From: Octopus sinensis
Lineage: Eukaryota
Direction of reading: 5' to 3'
Assembly (NCBI RefSeq): GCF_006345805.1
Contig: NC_043001.1
Span: forward strand, 744,001 to 808,000
DNA length: 64,000 bases
The notes beneath the pieces were generated by a model that saw only the letters and a list, made by a program, of their open reading frames with translations, made no database searches and had not been told where the DNA came from. Both the position numbers and the translations under genes were made by a program. Numbering within the stretch: position 1 is the first letter of the stretch; the number at the start of each line of letters is the position of its first letter. This document shows, in pieces, positions 22,686-36,456 of this stretch.

Positions 22686-25600
22686 AACTGTAGGTGTCAA
22701 AATAAAAATCAACAACATTCTTGTATCTAAGAAGCCATTGATATGTTTCAACTTGAAGAGTAAAAGAAAAAGAAAAGAAAAAGAACCATCTGAGGAGTTG
22801 GCAACTGCTTTAAGAATTCCTAGAACTGATTGAATTGATAGATTTAACTAATCTATCTGTGTTAGCATCTCCTCCAAGAATTCATAGAAATGACTGGATT
22901 TGTATATTTACTGCAGCAAAGAAAACATGTCTTAAAAGCTATGTTACTAAAACAGCTAATAACCACACAATATCAACTCACCAACTTATTTTGTCTTCAA
23001 AATATCATTTGCTGATTTTATATGGATGACATACCTGCAAAAGATAGAAAAAAAAAGATTTATACTCATACTTACACACACACACACACATTTGATGTTG
23101 ATAAATATATATATATATATATATATATAATACACACACAAATGTATGCACAGAAGACACAATATAATTATTAGCACAAATACGGAATTTATAGCTTTAC
23201 AGCTCAATATTTTATTTTTGAAAGGAATGACTTGAGGAATATTTTCCCTAGTCGACTTCTTTTATAGATTCCTGTTTGTTGATTAGATACAAAAGCAACC
23301 ACAAACAAACAACAACAACGAATTTGTTCCATGTGATGTTTAAGATTCAAGGGAAGAAAACACTGGAAGTAGTTTTATAGGCATGTTAGACTTTCAACAG
23401 TAAAAGTAACAATTATTCTGAAGTTTAATGGGGAGAGAAGCAGTAAAATTACAAGGGTAAAGAAACGAAAGAAAGGGGGACAGTGGATGTTTTAGGAAAA
23501 CAAAATATAAACAAAAGCATGGAATTCCTATAATGTTTAGATGTTTTAGCACTAAGATTTATATAACTCTTAAATAACCATCAGCAAAACTTCTTCAAGT
23601 TGTGTTATGAAAGTTATTTGGACAAGTTTATTTAACCGTTCTATTTCTTAACATGAAAGTAACTCATAAAAAACCATTTCTACATATTTAGAGTGGAAAG
23701 TGATTGTGTTTATAGTCAGTTTAGGTGACATAGCTTCAGAAGTAGAAGCAAACCCTTCACAAAATGAAACATCGTTTGACTAAGAGCATAAAGGGATCCA
23801 AATGTCAAAGCATTTTGTCTGGTCATTTACCAATTGTACTACCCCCCCACACACACATACATAAAGGTAGAACCTGAAGACTGCTTAGAGACACAAAGCA
23901 TGTTGTTAAAACTTGCCTAGACTACATCTTTAATCTACAGAAACTATCAGTAGTTCATAATTGTATAATGTGTATATAAAATGATATTTATCACTGATTT
24001 TGGATGGAGAACTTTTTTGCTGATCTTGCCTTCACAGAAAAGTGCTGAGAGCCCCTTCGGTCATGACTGGCCATGGGATTGCACATAGAAAGTTACCTTC
24101 AATGAATGAAACAATTCTCCTGGATAGACAGCTAATCTATTAAAGATAAATTTCACGAGGTCTTAGTGCTTCTGCAAAGTTTGGTGGAATCATTAGGACG
24201 TCACATAAAATGTCTTGCAACATCTATTTGGGATTTCCATGTTCTGAGTTCAAATTCTGCCGTGATTTATTTACTTTTTAACTTTCCATGATTAACAAAC
24301 AAAGAGACCCAGCCAATCACTGGAACTGGTTTAATCAGTCAACACTGGTAATCTGCCAGGGTCTTTCTTGCAAGAGACTAAGCAAGGAATCTGTAACACA
24401 TTTTCTTGATGCTTCTTTTGTGCTTTTAAAGGTTAGTGAGAAAATTGGAAACTCTGGTCATAGTTTTGGTGTGAAGAGCAGCAATGACCCTCGGCTTTTA
24501 TCAGCCTTCAAAGACAACAAGCCCGACACAAATTGACAAAAGAAAAACAGACAAAGATCTCGTTAAATATCAGTAAAACTAGAAAGGTAAAGAAAAATAA
24601 GTAAGTTTTTGTTAGTCATGGAAAGTAATCTAACAAGGAAATGGAAGCACTGGTACCACACTTTTAAATGTGATATCAGAGCCTACAAAAGGCAGCTCAA
24701 AGATATAATTAGTTGGGGTGCTGCTTCAGAAAATTATTAGCCATTGTTGTAATATTGTGTAAAAAGAAACAAATGTATAAAAAGAAAATTTATACATAAA
24801 CTTGATCAGTTTGAGTTTTAGCCACTGCCAGGTGTTGTGTTTAATTTGTTCACTGAACGCAGCCACGAATTCCTTCTTGTTTTTCAAAAATACCCCCTAA
24901 ATCACAAAATAAGGGGGGAAATCTGTCCTATTTTTCAAATCTTGGCAGCTACACTGAAGCTGGAAGCAGAATAATAATCTAATTCTACACTTTATCACAT
25001 TCAAAAATATGAACACGTTTTTAAGCACAACACACGCAGAGTCAAAAAGAAACACTACCTTTCACCCAGCCCACCAGGGTCAACACTGCATGAACGACAG
25101 TGCTCTCTCACCCTAGCATGAAGCTTCTTATCTCAGATATGTGAGCATGAGCACAACAGCTAAACACTGTGTCGCTAGGGTATGGCTACTGACATATTAA
25201 GCTTAAGGAAAAAGGACTCATTATATTGAATGTTATCGATAATATTGAGTGGAAATATGGGATGTTGCAGTTCCGCAGTGCCTATACATGAGCTGCCACT
25301 GGAACCTACATTCTTTTACTTGTTTTACACACACACACACCGCACGCACACACACTGTTGACTGGTGTCTTCTACTAAAGCCATGAGTGGACCAATGCCT
25401 TGTCATGGAAATTCAGTAACAGAAACAGTAAGAAGCTCATCACAGACACACAGACACGTGTGTGTGTGTGTAAATGATTCCCTTCATACAGATAGTGCTA
25501 TATGTTTACAATCCTCTGCAAAAGCACGTCTGGCCATTGAGCTGTTTAATTATTTTTTAGAAACAAGGAAAAACATTACTTGTAAAATGAGGAGAGTTGA

Positions 25601-28246
25601 CAATAGCAAGAGCCGTTGCGAGTAATAAAATCTGCCTCAACAGCTATCATGTGACCCATGCAAGCATAGAAAGGTTAATACAAGAATTATGGTGTGTGTG
25701 TGTGTATACACACATATTCACATGCACGTGCATACACACACACATACCTACATGCACATGCATGCAACCCATATACATATAACTGCTTGTGTATCATCAT
25801 TGCTTTTTAATTTATCCATGCTTGCATGGATTGGTCACAGTTTACTGATTTTCTGCAGCCAGATGTCCTTCCTCAGGGTTTCCAAGGAAGGTAATATTTG
25901 CCCAAGGCCAGACATGTTTCCATGCATAATGTCATGTCATGTGATGTTAAGACAAGGAGACACAAAAATGCACACGTGCATGCATACATACATACATAAA
26001 CAGACACATACATACATACATTTATACATACATACATACATATCAAGAAGTCTTCTTGTGGACTGGCTCATTTTTTAAAAAATGCTTCACCACTACCACC
26101 AACACCACCACCGCCGCCGCCGCCGCCACCACCACCACCACCACCACCACCACCACCATCTTTATTTATCAACAGCTTCACTAATATGAGGATATTTAAT
26201 AGAAAGTGAATATTTCAGCTTAATAACTTGACAAATTCATGAGTGATGGCCTGTGTTTAGTCAGACGAAGTGCATTAGTTATTTTTAGCTGTCGGTACCA
26301 AGTATTTTACCTTGTAACTAGCTTGCTTTGTCATTAACAAAGACATTTCCATTACATTGCTAGACTTTAATGGCCATCTCAGCATTCGGTTGGCCACCCC
26401 AGTGAGCATGGCAGTTATGATCACAGGAGCAGAAGCGAATGTGTGGTTAGGCTTCGTGATTTTTACTCAGCTGAATAATTCGGTTGTCTGTAAGACTAAG
26501 TTTGGAAAGCTAGTTAGTAAATTGGTAACCTATTGTGATTAACTAAAAACGAGGACTACAGGAAATGTTGTCTAAGTGATTCAGGAAGAATGTTACAAAG
26601 AGAAATTAGTGTTTTAACAGATTGGCAATGGTAATAATGATGATAATGATGGTGGTGGTGGTGGTGGTGGTAAGTGACAGATGTGTTGGAGAGATGTGGT
26701 GGGTGAGTGAAGAGGAATGTCTTGAAGAGATAAATAAATAAGAAATTGATATGAGAATAAAAGTATGAGAGTTGAGAAATCTATTCTTTCTCTGTGCTGT
26801 CATTGGAGTTGATTAACTAACAATAGAGGGATTTGAGAATGTTCAGATGGGAATCACTGGAGATTTCTGGTGGACAAAAGTGATTCTGTCTGCAAAGGAA
26901 ATGTCAAAAGCAGATTTTGTCATCACAAACAATCAACTCTAATTGTACTTCACTCACCTCTAACATTAACTCTTCCTATTCTAAGGCGACTTCAAAATCA
27001 TTTGCAGGATCCTGGCCTCAGTGGCATGTTGGATCCATTGCTTTAAGAAATCAAGCAATCAAACATTTGCAGACTGAAAACACACAGAACCATATCTTCT
27101 TGTTGCTTAACTTCAAAACAGTCCTGCTTCCGGAAACCCAGGATTGAAGGTGTTCCAACAATTAGCATCTTGTCTTTTACCAAGTAAAAGGAACCTGGGG
27201 CAATATTACTGAATGTGTCATTCGTTTTTTAAGACAGTTAGACAACAGTGTATGATTTTAGAGTAATTTGACTACTTTTTATAGCAGCAATCTAACTCCC
27301 CCATGCTCCCTGTTATTGACTTGTAAACTATACCACATAGAAGAAGAAGGATAGAATATAGAAGAAGAGGAAGACTAGAATATCAAAGAAGAAGAGGGAG
27401 TATGGTGAAATGATGAGAATGTCAACATGAGTGGTTTACAAGTTTTCATTTTAATACCAATATTATTTCCAGTTGTTTTTTTTTTTTCATAAGGGCTCTA
27501 TAGCAACTAATGTTTGCAGCTTTTGATGATCATGTGATTGTCCTGCTCTTTAGCCAGCTTACTAGGTTGCGATGTCAGCTAGAGACAATGCTATGTGATG
27601 CAGTTCAATCGGGATCGACCAGCAACCAATGTTGTGAATGTTTTTATCACTGAATGGGTTATTGCAAATCTTGTTAGGGTCAAATACAGACTTTTTTGTT
27701 CTCTTGAAAGCATTTAAAATCCATTTTATAAGAATGACTTATAATCCATTTGTACCAGGATTAAACAATACTAAATATATTTCATTAATCTCTTTATCTC
27801 AAATATTTAGAATATTACAAAGAATTAACTCATTGAGAGAAGGTTGCTCTTTCTTCACTTGATAGGAAACAAATGCAGCCATTTCATTTGCTGTGTCTTG
27901 GGGGAAATGGTATAAAAATGGACATTAAGTGAGGGAGTAAAATATCATTTTGATAGGATCTTATTTAAGCGCTGTGTGTGTGTGTGTGTATAGGAAGAGA
28001 GAGAGAGAGGGGAGAGAGAGAAATAGGAGTAAGAGGGTATGATATGACATCTGCCTATTGGAAATTATTCGACGGAATGGTCAGTGATGGAAAAAGAAGC
28101 TCTTAATCCACTTTTGATGAAGATGATTGTGGTGACTCCAGCAATTGTAAATGATGAGACAATTCTGTCCAAGTGCTCCTCCTGTGAGCTCTGTTTGGTC
28201 CAGACATCATTCAAGAAAGTAAACAAACAATGAACAGGGATTTAAT

Positions 28247-28460
28247 CCTGTCGCATTCAAACCAGTCATATCTGGCTCAAATATTCAATCTGTTTTATGC
28301 TCAAACTGACCAGATCCAGCCTCTCACACCTACCCCACAATGCCATTCTAAAAGAAAAACGATTACATCATCAAAATCTCGAAGCTACTCGATATGCTTA
28401 ATTCAATACAGTGTGTATACATAAGCAATAGATTTGACAGAATAATCTGAACAGTAAAGG
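28247..28460. mobile_element. piggyBac-type MITE, degenerate
   Basis: TTAA-tcct ... aaaggg-TTAA ends; the body is related to 45506-45680. Confidence 0.55.
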
Positions 28461-30619
28461 GTTAAGAATCCAACATCGTTCAGTGGATCAGTTTTGAGAA
28501 GGTTACCTTTCAGTCTGTGATGGAGTTATTTTTGAAGTGGAACATATTATTCTTAGATTCGGCTCTTACAACATGTGATCTTCATCATTTGGAAAATAAG
28601 TGTGATTTACCTGAGAGAGAGAATACATCCCTGTTGTATTAAAGATATTGTGTTACTGCAGGTAACCCGTCATGGTGATGATAATGATGATGATGATGGT
28701 GTTAGCAATGAGGGCATCACTGCTGCAACTGTTTTCCACTCTGTTGCTAATTTCTCTACAGAGATTTGTTCACTCTTAACAAAGTTGGTTTCTCTGTTTG
28801 CCATAATTAACCTTATACACGAGGTTCCACCATAATTCAATATGTTTATCTCTTCATTTCAAGGAAACCCAGCTGTCTTTCTTTAAACATGGTTTTGTTG
28901 TTTCCTCTTGGGATTAAATTGATCCTTCACTTTGCTATTAACTTAATTCTTCATTTCAAACTTTGATCTAGCTTAACTCCTGACAGTTCTTTCTCTACAC
29001 TCCTCCTCCTCCTTCTTCTTACAATAATCAAAGAAGTCTTTATCCCATCAGTAGACCTGCAAGAAATAACCATCAAATCTGCCTCAGATTATATCTTTTT
29101 GTCTTAAATAGAGGACTAATTGGTCAATGTATTACCTTGAATATAAAAAGATCTGGTTGGTCATGGCTGGAAAGGTCTTAATGATCAGAGTTAATCTAGG
29201 CATAAGCAACAGCAACAACCTCTTCTTCAGTGTTTATTTTCTTTTACCCCTATTTCTGTTAGAATGTCTGGTTGTGGAGAGCAAGAAGTTCATGTTGTAA
29301 CCCCATGGTTCTGGGTCTCATCTCATCACACAGCACCTCAGACAATGGGTTGATAAATGTGTTATCAGTGGAATTTGGTAGGTGGAAGTTGCATGGAATC
29401 TTCCCAAAGCCCAGCTTACCTTCAAATTTATTTGTCAGGTATTTCATTTATTCATTTGCTCTCTGAGATTCCCCGCCAAATATATTAAACATTTTGGAAA
29501 TCTCATTTGCTTCTTTGTAGCAGAAACCACAATCTTCACCATGTGTGTGTTTCTCACTGCCAACTACAAACACATTTTAGTTTTTTCTTTTTTTTTTTTT
29601 GCTTCTTTCATTTATTTTTCTGCATCTTTTTGTTCTTAGACATGTCATTGTTCCTCATCTTCACATACATCATCCTGCCGGCTTTCTGTTTTCTCTGCAA
29701 CGAGGTTTAAATCCCTTTGTGTACAAACAGCAACAACAACAACAAAGTTTCCCAGCTGGCAGTCTTTTAAAAGAGAACTTTCACTTCGTTATTCTTAGTC
29801 CGTTCTGTTAACTAGCATCTGTCTTCTGTCTATTTAGACTCCTTTTACAAATAACTATTAGGGGCTCACTCTAATCCCTAGAACTCTTCACAGAAATCAT
29901 CCTGTTTATTTCTGCCTAACTTCACTGCATTCAATGTAAATGCATCTCTAGAGAATTGTTTTCTCTGACTTTTTCAGAGAAGGTGTATTACATTACATGG
30001 GGGGGGGGGAGAGGGAGAAGAAATGAGGAAAAAAGAAAGAGAGAGAGAAGAAATGAGAAGAAGAAAGCAGTGAGAGTGAATGAAAGAAGAAAGGTGAAAA
30101 AGAGAGAGAGAGGTAGAGAAAGAGGAACTTACCTTCACCATACCTAATATTTCTAGCTATTCCTCTTTTTTCTTCTTCTTCTTCTATTCCTACCATTTTC
30201 CTCCTTTGCCAAACCTCCCCCCTCCACCCACTCCACCAATCCCCTCCCATTCTGTACATTCTGTGTCTGTTTCTTGTTGTTTTTGTTGTAGTTTTTATCT
30301 CCCAAGTTGTTGGAGGACAGGGTTTTTTTTTTTGTTTTTCTATCGATGGAATTATTATTAAGAGTGCAGTGAAAAATGAACTTAACTATTAAACACGAAG
30401 TCTAGGTATGTGTGTATGTGTGTGTGTGTGTCTGTATTTATGTGTGTAGTGGCGTGCATAAATCCCAATGCTTGCATGTATATGTGTGTGTGTGTGTTTG
30501 TATGTACATAGCTACAGATGATATAAAATAAAACAGAAATAACGAAAAAGACAAAATGAATCAAACTAAAACACATAAAAAAAAAAGAAAACTGCCGACA
30601 CAAGCCATGAAGTTTTAGA

Positions 30620-30647
30620 GGGGTGGGGGGTGGGGGTGAGGATGGGG
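30620..30647 (+). other. G-quadruplex-forming motif
   Basis: GGGG-T-GGGGGG-T-GGGGG-TGAGGAT-GGGG. Confidence 0.55.
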
Positions 30648-31601
30648 TTCTGTTATTTTACATTTTTGTAGCTTGGTGCATGGTTGATTAAGTGTAACAG
30701 GGAAACTGTTAACACAGAGGTGATGTGTGTGTGGGGGGAGGTATAGGAGAGGGAGGGAGGGAGAGGAGGAGGAGGAGAAATGTTGAAACGAAATAGTGAT
30801 GTGGATGATGATAATGTTGGTGGTGATGATGATGGTCATGATGATAATGTAGTTGATGATGATGATGACAACAGTGATGAACCGTTTTATTGGCCCCAAG
30901 GGGCCAAAACTACAGGGATAGAATAAAAGTGAAATACAAAAGAAAACAATGTGGTTGGGAGTTGGGCAGGATTTATGTGGGTCTCCTAAAGATATAATAA
31001 TAATAAATAAAAATAACAAGAGTCTTGAAAATGGGGCCAAATCACTTTGGGTGTTAGGAGGCAGCTGTGACACAACCCCAAATTAGCCAGACATACTTCT
31101 GCCAATTCTTGCTGCCATCCTACACTCACATACTTAGACTAGGACCATTTAACCCTGCCAGTTATGCCATTCCCTCCAAATTTTCTTAAGAATTTACTAG
31201 AAGGTACCATCTATCTCACTACACTCACCTTCCTTTTCAAATGGTACGTGAAGAAATTAATAAGGTGTTTGTGTGAATGGAAGAGCTCAATCTTCAAACC
31301 TTCCAACCATGCCCACTACACAGTTACCCCCAGGTACTGAAAGACTAGCACCCTTCACCTCAGCTGAGAGATGCAACAGTTCCACACATGGCATTTCCCC
31401 ATAAACTCACAAACCAGCGATGCAGGGACACAGAATGAGGGAGTGTGTGTGTGTGGGGAGTGGATACAGCTATTTTAATGGACGCTATTGTGTACAGGGG
31501 TCATAAAATTCGTAGCAGATTGAGGTGTCTATGTGTACACATACACACGCACACACACATGCACACACACACATATAATAGATGTATATATGTATATATA
31601 T

Positions 31602-32014
31602 ATACTCTTTTACTCTTTTACTTGTTTCAGTCATTTGACTGCGGCCATGCTGGAGCACCGCCTTTAATCGAGCAACTCGACACCGGGACTTATTCTTTTG
31701 TAAGCCCAGTACTTATTCTATCGGTCTCTTTTGCCGAACCGCTAAGTGACGGGGACATAAACACACCAGCATCGGTTGTCAAGCAATGCTAGGGGGACAA
31801 ACACAGACACACAAACACATACACACACACATATATATATATACATATATACGACAGGCTTCTTTCAGTTTCCGTCTACCAAATCCACTCACAAGGCTTT
31901 GGTCGGCCCGAGGCTATAGTAGAAGACACTTGCCCAAGGTGTCACGCAGTGGGACTGAACCCGGAACCATGTGGCTGGTAAACAAGCTACTTACCACACA
32001 TCCACTCCTGCGCC
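31602..32014 (-). mobile_element. Full-length, apparently young tRNA-derived SINE
   Basis: Minus-strand head ggcgcaggagtgg..gtggtaagtag..ggttccgggttcagtcccactgcg, internal TA/CA repeat, tail gaaacaagtaaaagagtaaaagag; CpGs are retained. Confidence 0.9.
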
Positions 32015-32040
32015 TATGTATATTTATTTATATATATATT

Positions 32041-32420
32041 TTTTCTTTTACTTGTTTCAGTCATTTGACTGTGGCCATGTTAGAGCACTGCCTTTAGCTG
32101 AGAAAATCGACCCCAGAGCTTATTCTTTCATTTGCTGAACCTCTAAGTTACAGGGACGTAAATATACCAGCACCGGTTGTCAAGTGATGTTGGGGGGACA
32201 AACACAGACACACAAACATATACACAAACACACACACATATATATACATATATACATATACGACAGGCTTGTTTCAGTTTCCGTCTACCAAATCCACTCA
32301 CAAGGCTTTGGTTGGCCTGAGGCTATAGTAGAAGAAACGTGCCTAAGGTGCCATGCAGTGGGACTGAACCCATGACTATGTGGTTGGCAAACAATCTACG
32401 TACCATACAGCCACTCCTGC
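32041..32420 (-). mobile_element. Second, more diverged copy of the same SINE in tandem
   Basis: Colinear with 31602-32014, with CpG decay and a deletion. Confidence 0.85.
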
Positions 32421-32470
32421 ATCTGTACATATGTATATTTATTGCAAGCATGCATGCATACATACATACA

Positions 32471-32503
<33 letters not shown>

Positions 32504-32924
32504 GTAATTGTAAGACCCAAGGATCTAAATGTAGGAAGTTTGTAAGCTTTGAGCAGTCCATGGTAGGTATAAAAAACAACATTCAGGAACAATAATAAAT
32601 TATTGGCATTGAAGGTAGAAGACTTTTCCTCTAATTGAGTTTGATAAGCTGAAAAAAGTTTTTGTAGAGCTCATGCTTAGCAAACAACGTTGCTACGAAT
32701 GCAGATAAAAATCCAAATTGAGGAAGTGGAACTGGTAAAATCCAGGCTATATATATGTTTCCTTAGCTAGCAAATCCTCTAATGTAATAATTACTCAACA
32801 AGGGATACTCAGCCAGTTACACATCAGGCCAAGGATACCTTAATTATTTGAAGGTCATATTGTTGTTTGGGAATCCCAAGAGAACTCACTGAAAATGTAA
32901 TTTGAAATTTGATTTCAAATTATA

Positions 32925-33447
32925 TCTTACTAGCAGTATCGCCCGGCGTTGCTCGGGTTTGTAAGGGAAATAACTATATAAGCATTTTTAGAGAGTTACT
33001 TCCTTTATAGATGCCAATTCGGGCTTTCTTAGCCATTTCTGTTTTGGTGTCTTCAAGCCATGAAGTCGTTGTTCTAAAAGAACGCTGGTCTCCTTGACAA
33101 CGTTTTACGATGTTGATTTCCTTACACTCCCTTTCCCGCAGCTTGACGAGGGAGGGAAGAAGGGGGAGAAGCAAACACAGGTGCAGGTGTTTGAGCGTGG
33201 ACGCCAACTCCGCCGCCATCGACACACGAAAAATTATGCATTAAAATGGAATAAAAAATGATGTTAAATTATTTTTAAAATCGTAGACTCATTGTAGACG
33301 CGCGCTAATAGCCAGACGGGCTCGATATTCATCACGACTATAAGATACCCGAATTTGGTTAAACTGCACCGCAAAATGTGGGAGGAGTTAGGAATCTAAA
33401 TCGTAGGAGACAGACACTCACACAACTACAGTTTTATATATATAGAT
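32925..33447 (+). mobile_element. Non-autonomous Helitron-like element (Lep1/HINE-type ends)
   Basis: 5' TCTTACTAGCAGTATCGCCCGGCGTTGCTCGGG (CCCG/CGGG hairpin); 3' gacagacac..ttttatatatatagat; no TIR or TSD. Confidence 0.6.
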
Positions 33448-33489
33448 ATATATATATATAATTCTGCCTTACTTAAAGCAGATTATACA

Positions 33490-34330
33490 GAGAAAGTTAC
33501 CTTCATTAATTCCATTCAATCTTATTCTACCTTTACTAATGGAGACATGAAATCTAGTTGCAAGGATTTAAACCATATCAATTTTAATTTATACGACAAC
33601 ACCAAACAGAGGAAGGGAGATAACCCTTATTTAACCCCCCTTTTTTCATTCTAAAGATGGTTACACTAAAAATCTTTCAAAGATGGTTACACTAAAAATA
33701 AGGTAACTAATAGTAAAACTATTTGGTTAATTATTCCTTATGGGAGGCACATTAAATCTAATCTTTCTTAGCAGTTTCATGAAGCTATTATTAGGAATTT
33801 TTCAAAGAATTCTAGGTATTACTCTATTATCAACTCACACACAGTTAGGAATGGTTTTTCCAACACAAAAAATCTCTTACAAATTATCTTTTTACATAAT
33901 AACAACCTGTTAAATATTAATACATTTACTAATGCTAACATTAATTTAGCTAATACTATCCATCCCCCTAGAAATGTTAATAACAAGGTTATTGTATCTG
34001 AAGTCAATTAAAACAGAATCAAGTTTATGTCAAGTAATTCTAAAATTAAAAATTCTATATACCAGTGTAAAATTACTTCAGGTAATGATGTATTTTTTTA
34101 GATAGGCAGTTCATCTTCTCAGTTATCTAAAAGAATTTCTAATCATTACTCTACATTTAGAGATAGGAATAAATGTAACAGTACAGGGCTTAGTAAATTA
34201 ATTTGGTATCTAAAAGACCATAATAAACAATTTAATTTGGATCGGTTGATTCCCTCAATTTTGATCCCTTATGATAAAGGCAAGGAATTCTGTTTTCTCT
34301 GAAATTCTGAACTACTTTTTATTCTTTTTT
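33490..34330 (+). mobile_element. Penelope-like element remnant (RT C-terminus/linker + GIY-YIG endonuclease)
   Basis: LFNPPF (~33627), SIINSHTVRNGFSNTKNLLQII, and from 34051 NSIYQCKITSGNDVFF*IGSSSSQLSKRISNHYSTF..NSTGLSKLIWYLKD (YIG mutated to *IG at 34099-34101). Confidence 0.8.
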
Positions 34331-34656
34331 TCTAAAAATCCCCCTGTAAACATGGTTACAGAGCATGCATACTGATGTAAACATTGGCAGAAACACACCT
34401 TTAGTTCATATAAGTGATATCTATCATTCTATATAATTTAAACATTAATTTTCTTCTTACATTTCATATTCACAAGATATATCTTTCTTTAGCATTTAAT
34501 TTAATTTACATATCGTTATATACTTCTCAGTTATTTGGTTTTTTCTTTCCTTTCCTTTATTCATCTTCTTTCTATAGGCTACCTTTAACGCCATATCCTC
34601 GAACGCTTTTTAGAAAAAAACTTTTAAAATGTCTTACTGACGAATTTTATTTCTTC

Positions 34657-34743
34657 ATTTCCCTGAAGAGGAGATTACATTATTTTACACCATTTTATTC
34701 CTTTGGAATAATACCAGTGATATCTTTGAAACGTGTCGGAAGT
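34657..34743 (+). ncRNA. Type-I hammerhead ribozyme, catalytic core intact
   Basis: ATTTCC-CTGAAGA-GGAGAT...ATCTTT-GAAAC-GT-GTC-GGAAGT. Stem I is 6 bp, stem II 6 bp (two G.U), and the triplet GUC (34735-34737). It lies downstream of the Penelope EN. Confidence 0.7.
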
Positions 34744-34786
34744 ATTTGAATAACACCTGCATTTAACTCCATTTTTATATATTTCT

Positions 34787-35172
34787 CTTATTCTTTTACT
34801 TGTTTCAGTCTTTTAACTGCAGCCATGCTGGAGCACCACCTTTAGTCAAACAAATCAACCCTAGGAATTACTCTTTGTAAGCCTAGTACTTATTCTGTCA
34901 GTCGCTTTTGCCCAACCACTAAGTTACGGGAATGTAAACACACCAACATCGATTGTCATGCGATGGTGGAGGGGTGTCAAATACAGATGCACACATACAC
35001 ACACATATATACATATGACAGTCTTCTTTCAGCTTCCATCTACCAAATCCACTTACAAGTCTTTGGTTGGCTTGAGGCTGTACTAGAAGACATCTGCCCA
35101 AGGTGCCATGCAGTGGGGCTGAACATGGAACCATGCAGTTGGGAAGCATGCTTCTTACCACACAGCCACCTA
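34787..35172 (-). mobile_element. tRNA-derived SINE (same family as 31602-32014)
   Basis: Colinear and diverged. Confidence 0.85.
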
Positions 35173-35600
35173 TATAATTTCAGCAGAAGACCAACAATTT
35201 TGATAGGATGAGGCTTGTGGATGCCGTCGACTTTAGTTCGTGATTGACATCTTATTTTATAGGATGACAGTCAAAGGTAAACCTATGAAGGGGCCAGCCC
35301 CAAGTTTACAACATTTTATCTTTCCATGGCATGCAGCCATGCATCACGTTTTGTGTTGACTACTCACCCTCTCATGGAAGTGTAAGATGGTGGTGGTGGT
35401 GGTGGTGGTGGTGGGGTGGCGATGGAGTTGTGTAAGAAAGGGGTGGGGAGAGAGAGAAAAAGTAAGGAAAGGAAGAGAGAAGGGGGAGAGAGAGGCAGGA
35501 AGTGAAAGTGAGAGGAGAGTAGAAAAGAAAGGTAAAAGAGAGAAGGAAGACAAGACAAAAAAATAAACAGGTGGATGGAAAAGGAGAGAGACGAGAGAGC

Positions 35601-35634
<34 letters not shown>

Positions 35635-36420
35635 GAGCGAGAGAGAGTGAGAGAGAAGAAATATTCTTTCTTTTTTTTTGTGAAATCGATACAAGAATAT
35701 ATTCCTGAATGAAATATGGTGATAATGGTGAAGTGGGATTCTGAAGAAAGAAAAACATTATCAGAAAAAGAAAACCAAAAAAAAAATACAAAACAAGCTT
35801 AAGAAATGAGAAAAAGTCTTATATATATATACACACACGCAAATATACATATGCACATACACATACATGCACATATGTATGTGTGTGTGTGTGTGATGAT
35901 GTATATGTGCATGTATGCAAGGATCTATGTATATTTGTATTTATGTGTCTAAGTAAGTATAATAAAAAAGTTATGAATTGTTAGGAGTCAACCATTTGTA
36001 AAATAATCAATAAATGTTATTGGAAGAGGTGACTTGTATGGTTAATTTGTTGGTTTTCCACTTGTAATACATTCTTTGCTTTTAGTGGAATACCAGCAAC
36101 AACAACACCAACGACTACTACTAGTGAAATACCATCATTGAACACCTCCTCCTCCTGCTACCCTCCCCACCATAGGTTGAATAAGTCTACCCAACAACTG
36201 TCCATCTTGTCTCAAACATATTTCAGTTCCTGTGCTCCCAGAAATTAAAAAAAAATATTTTAAGGGTTAAACAATCTCCCCTTCCCCTTCTCTGTCAATA
36301 ACAGTTTGAACCGCTTCATAGCTATTTGACATCCTGGAAAATAACATGCACACACATACACACACACTTAAGTGTATATATGTATGTGTGTGTCTCTCTC
36401 TTTCTTTCTCTCTCTCTCTC

Positions 36421-36456
<36 letters not shown>

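Noticed and set aside
28640-28670. Plus-strand AG|GT recursive-like site (ttactgcag|gtaacc)
   Set aside because: The pyrimidine tract is weak; it shows that such motifs arise by chance.
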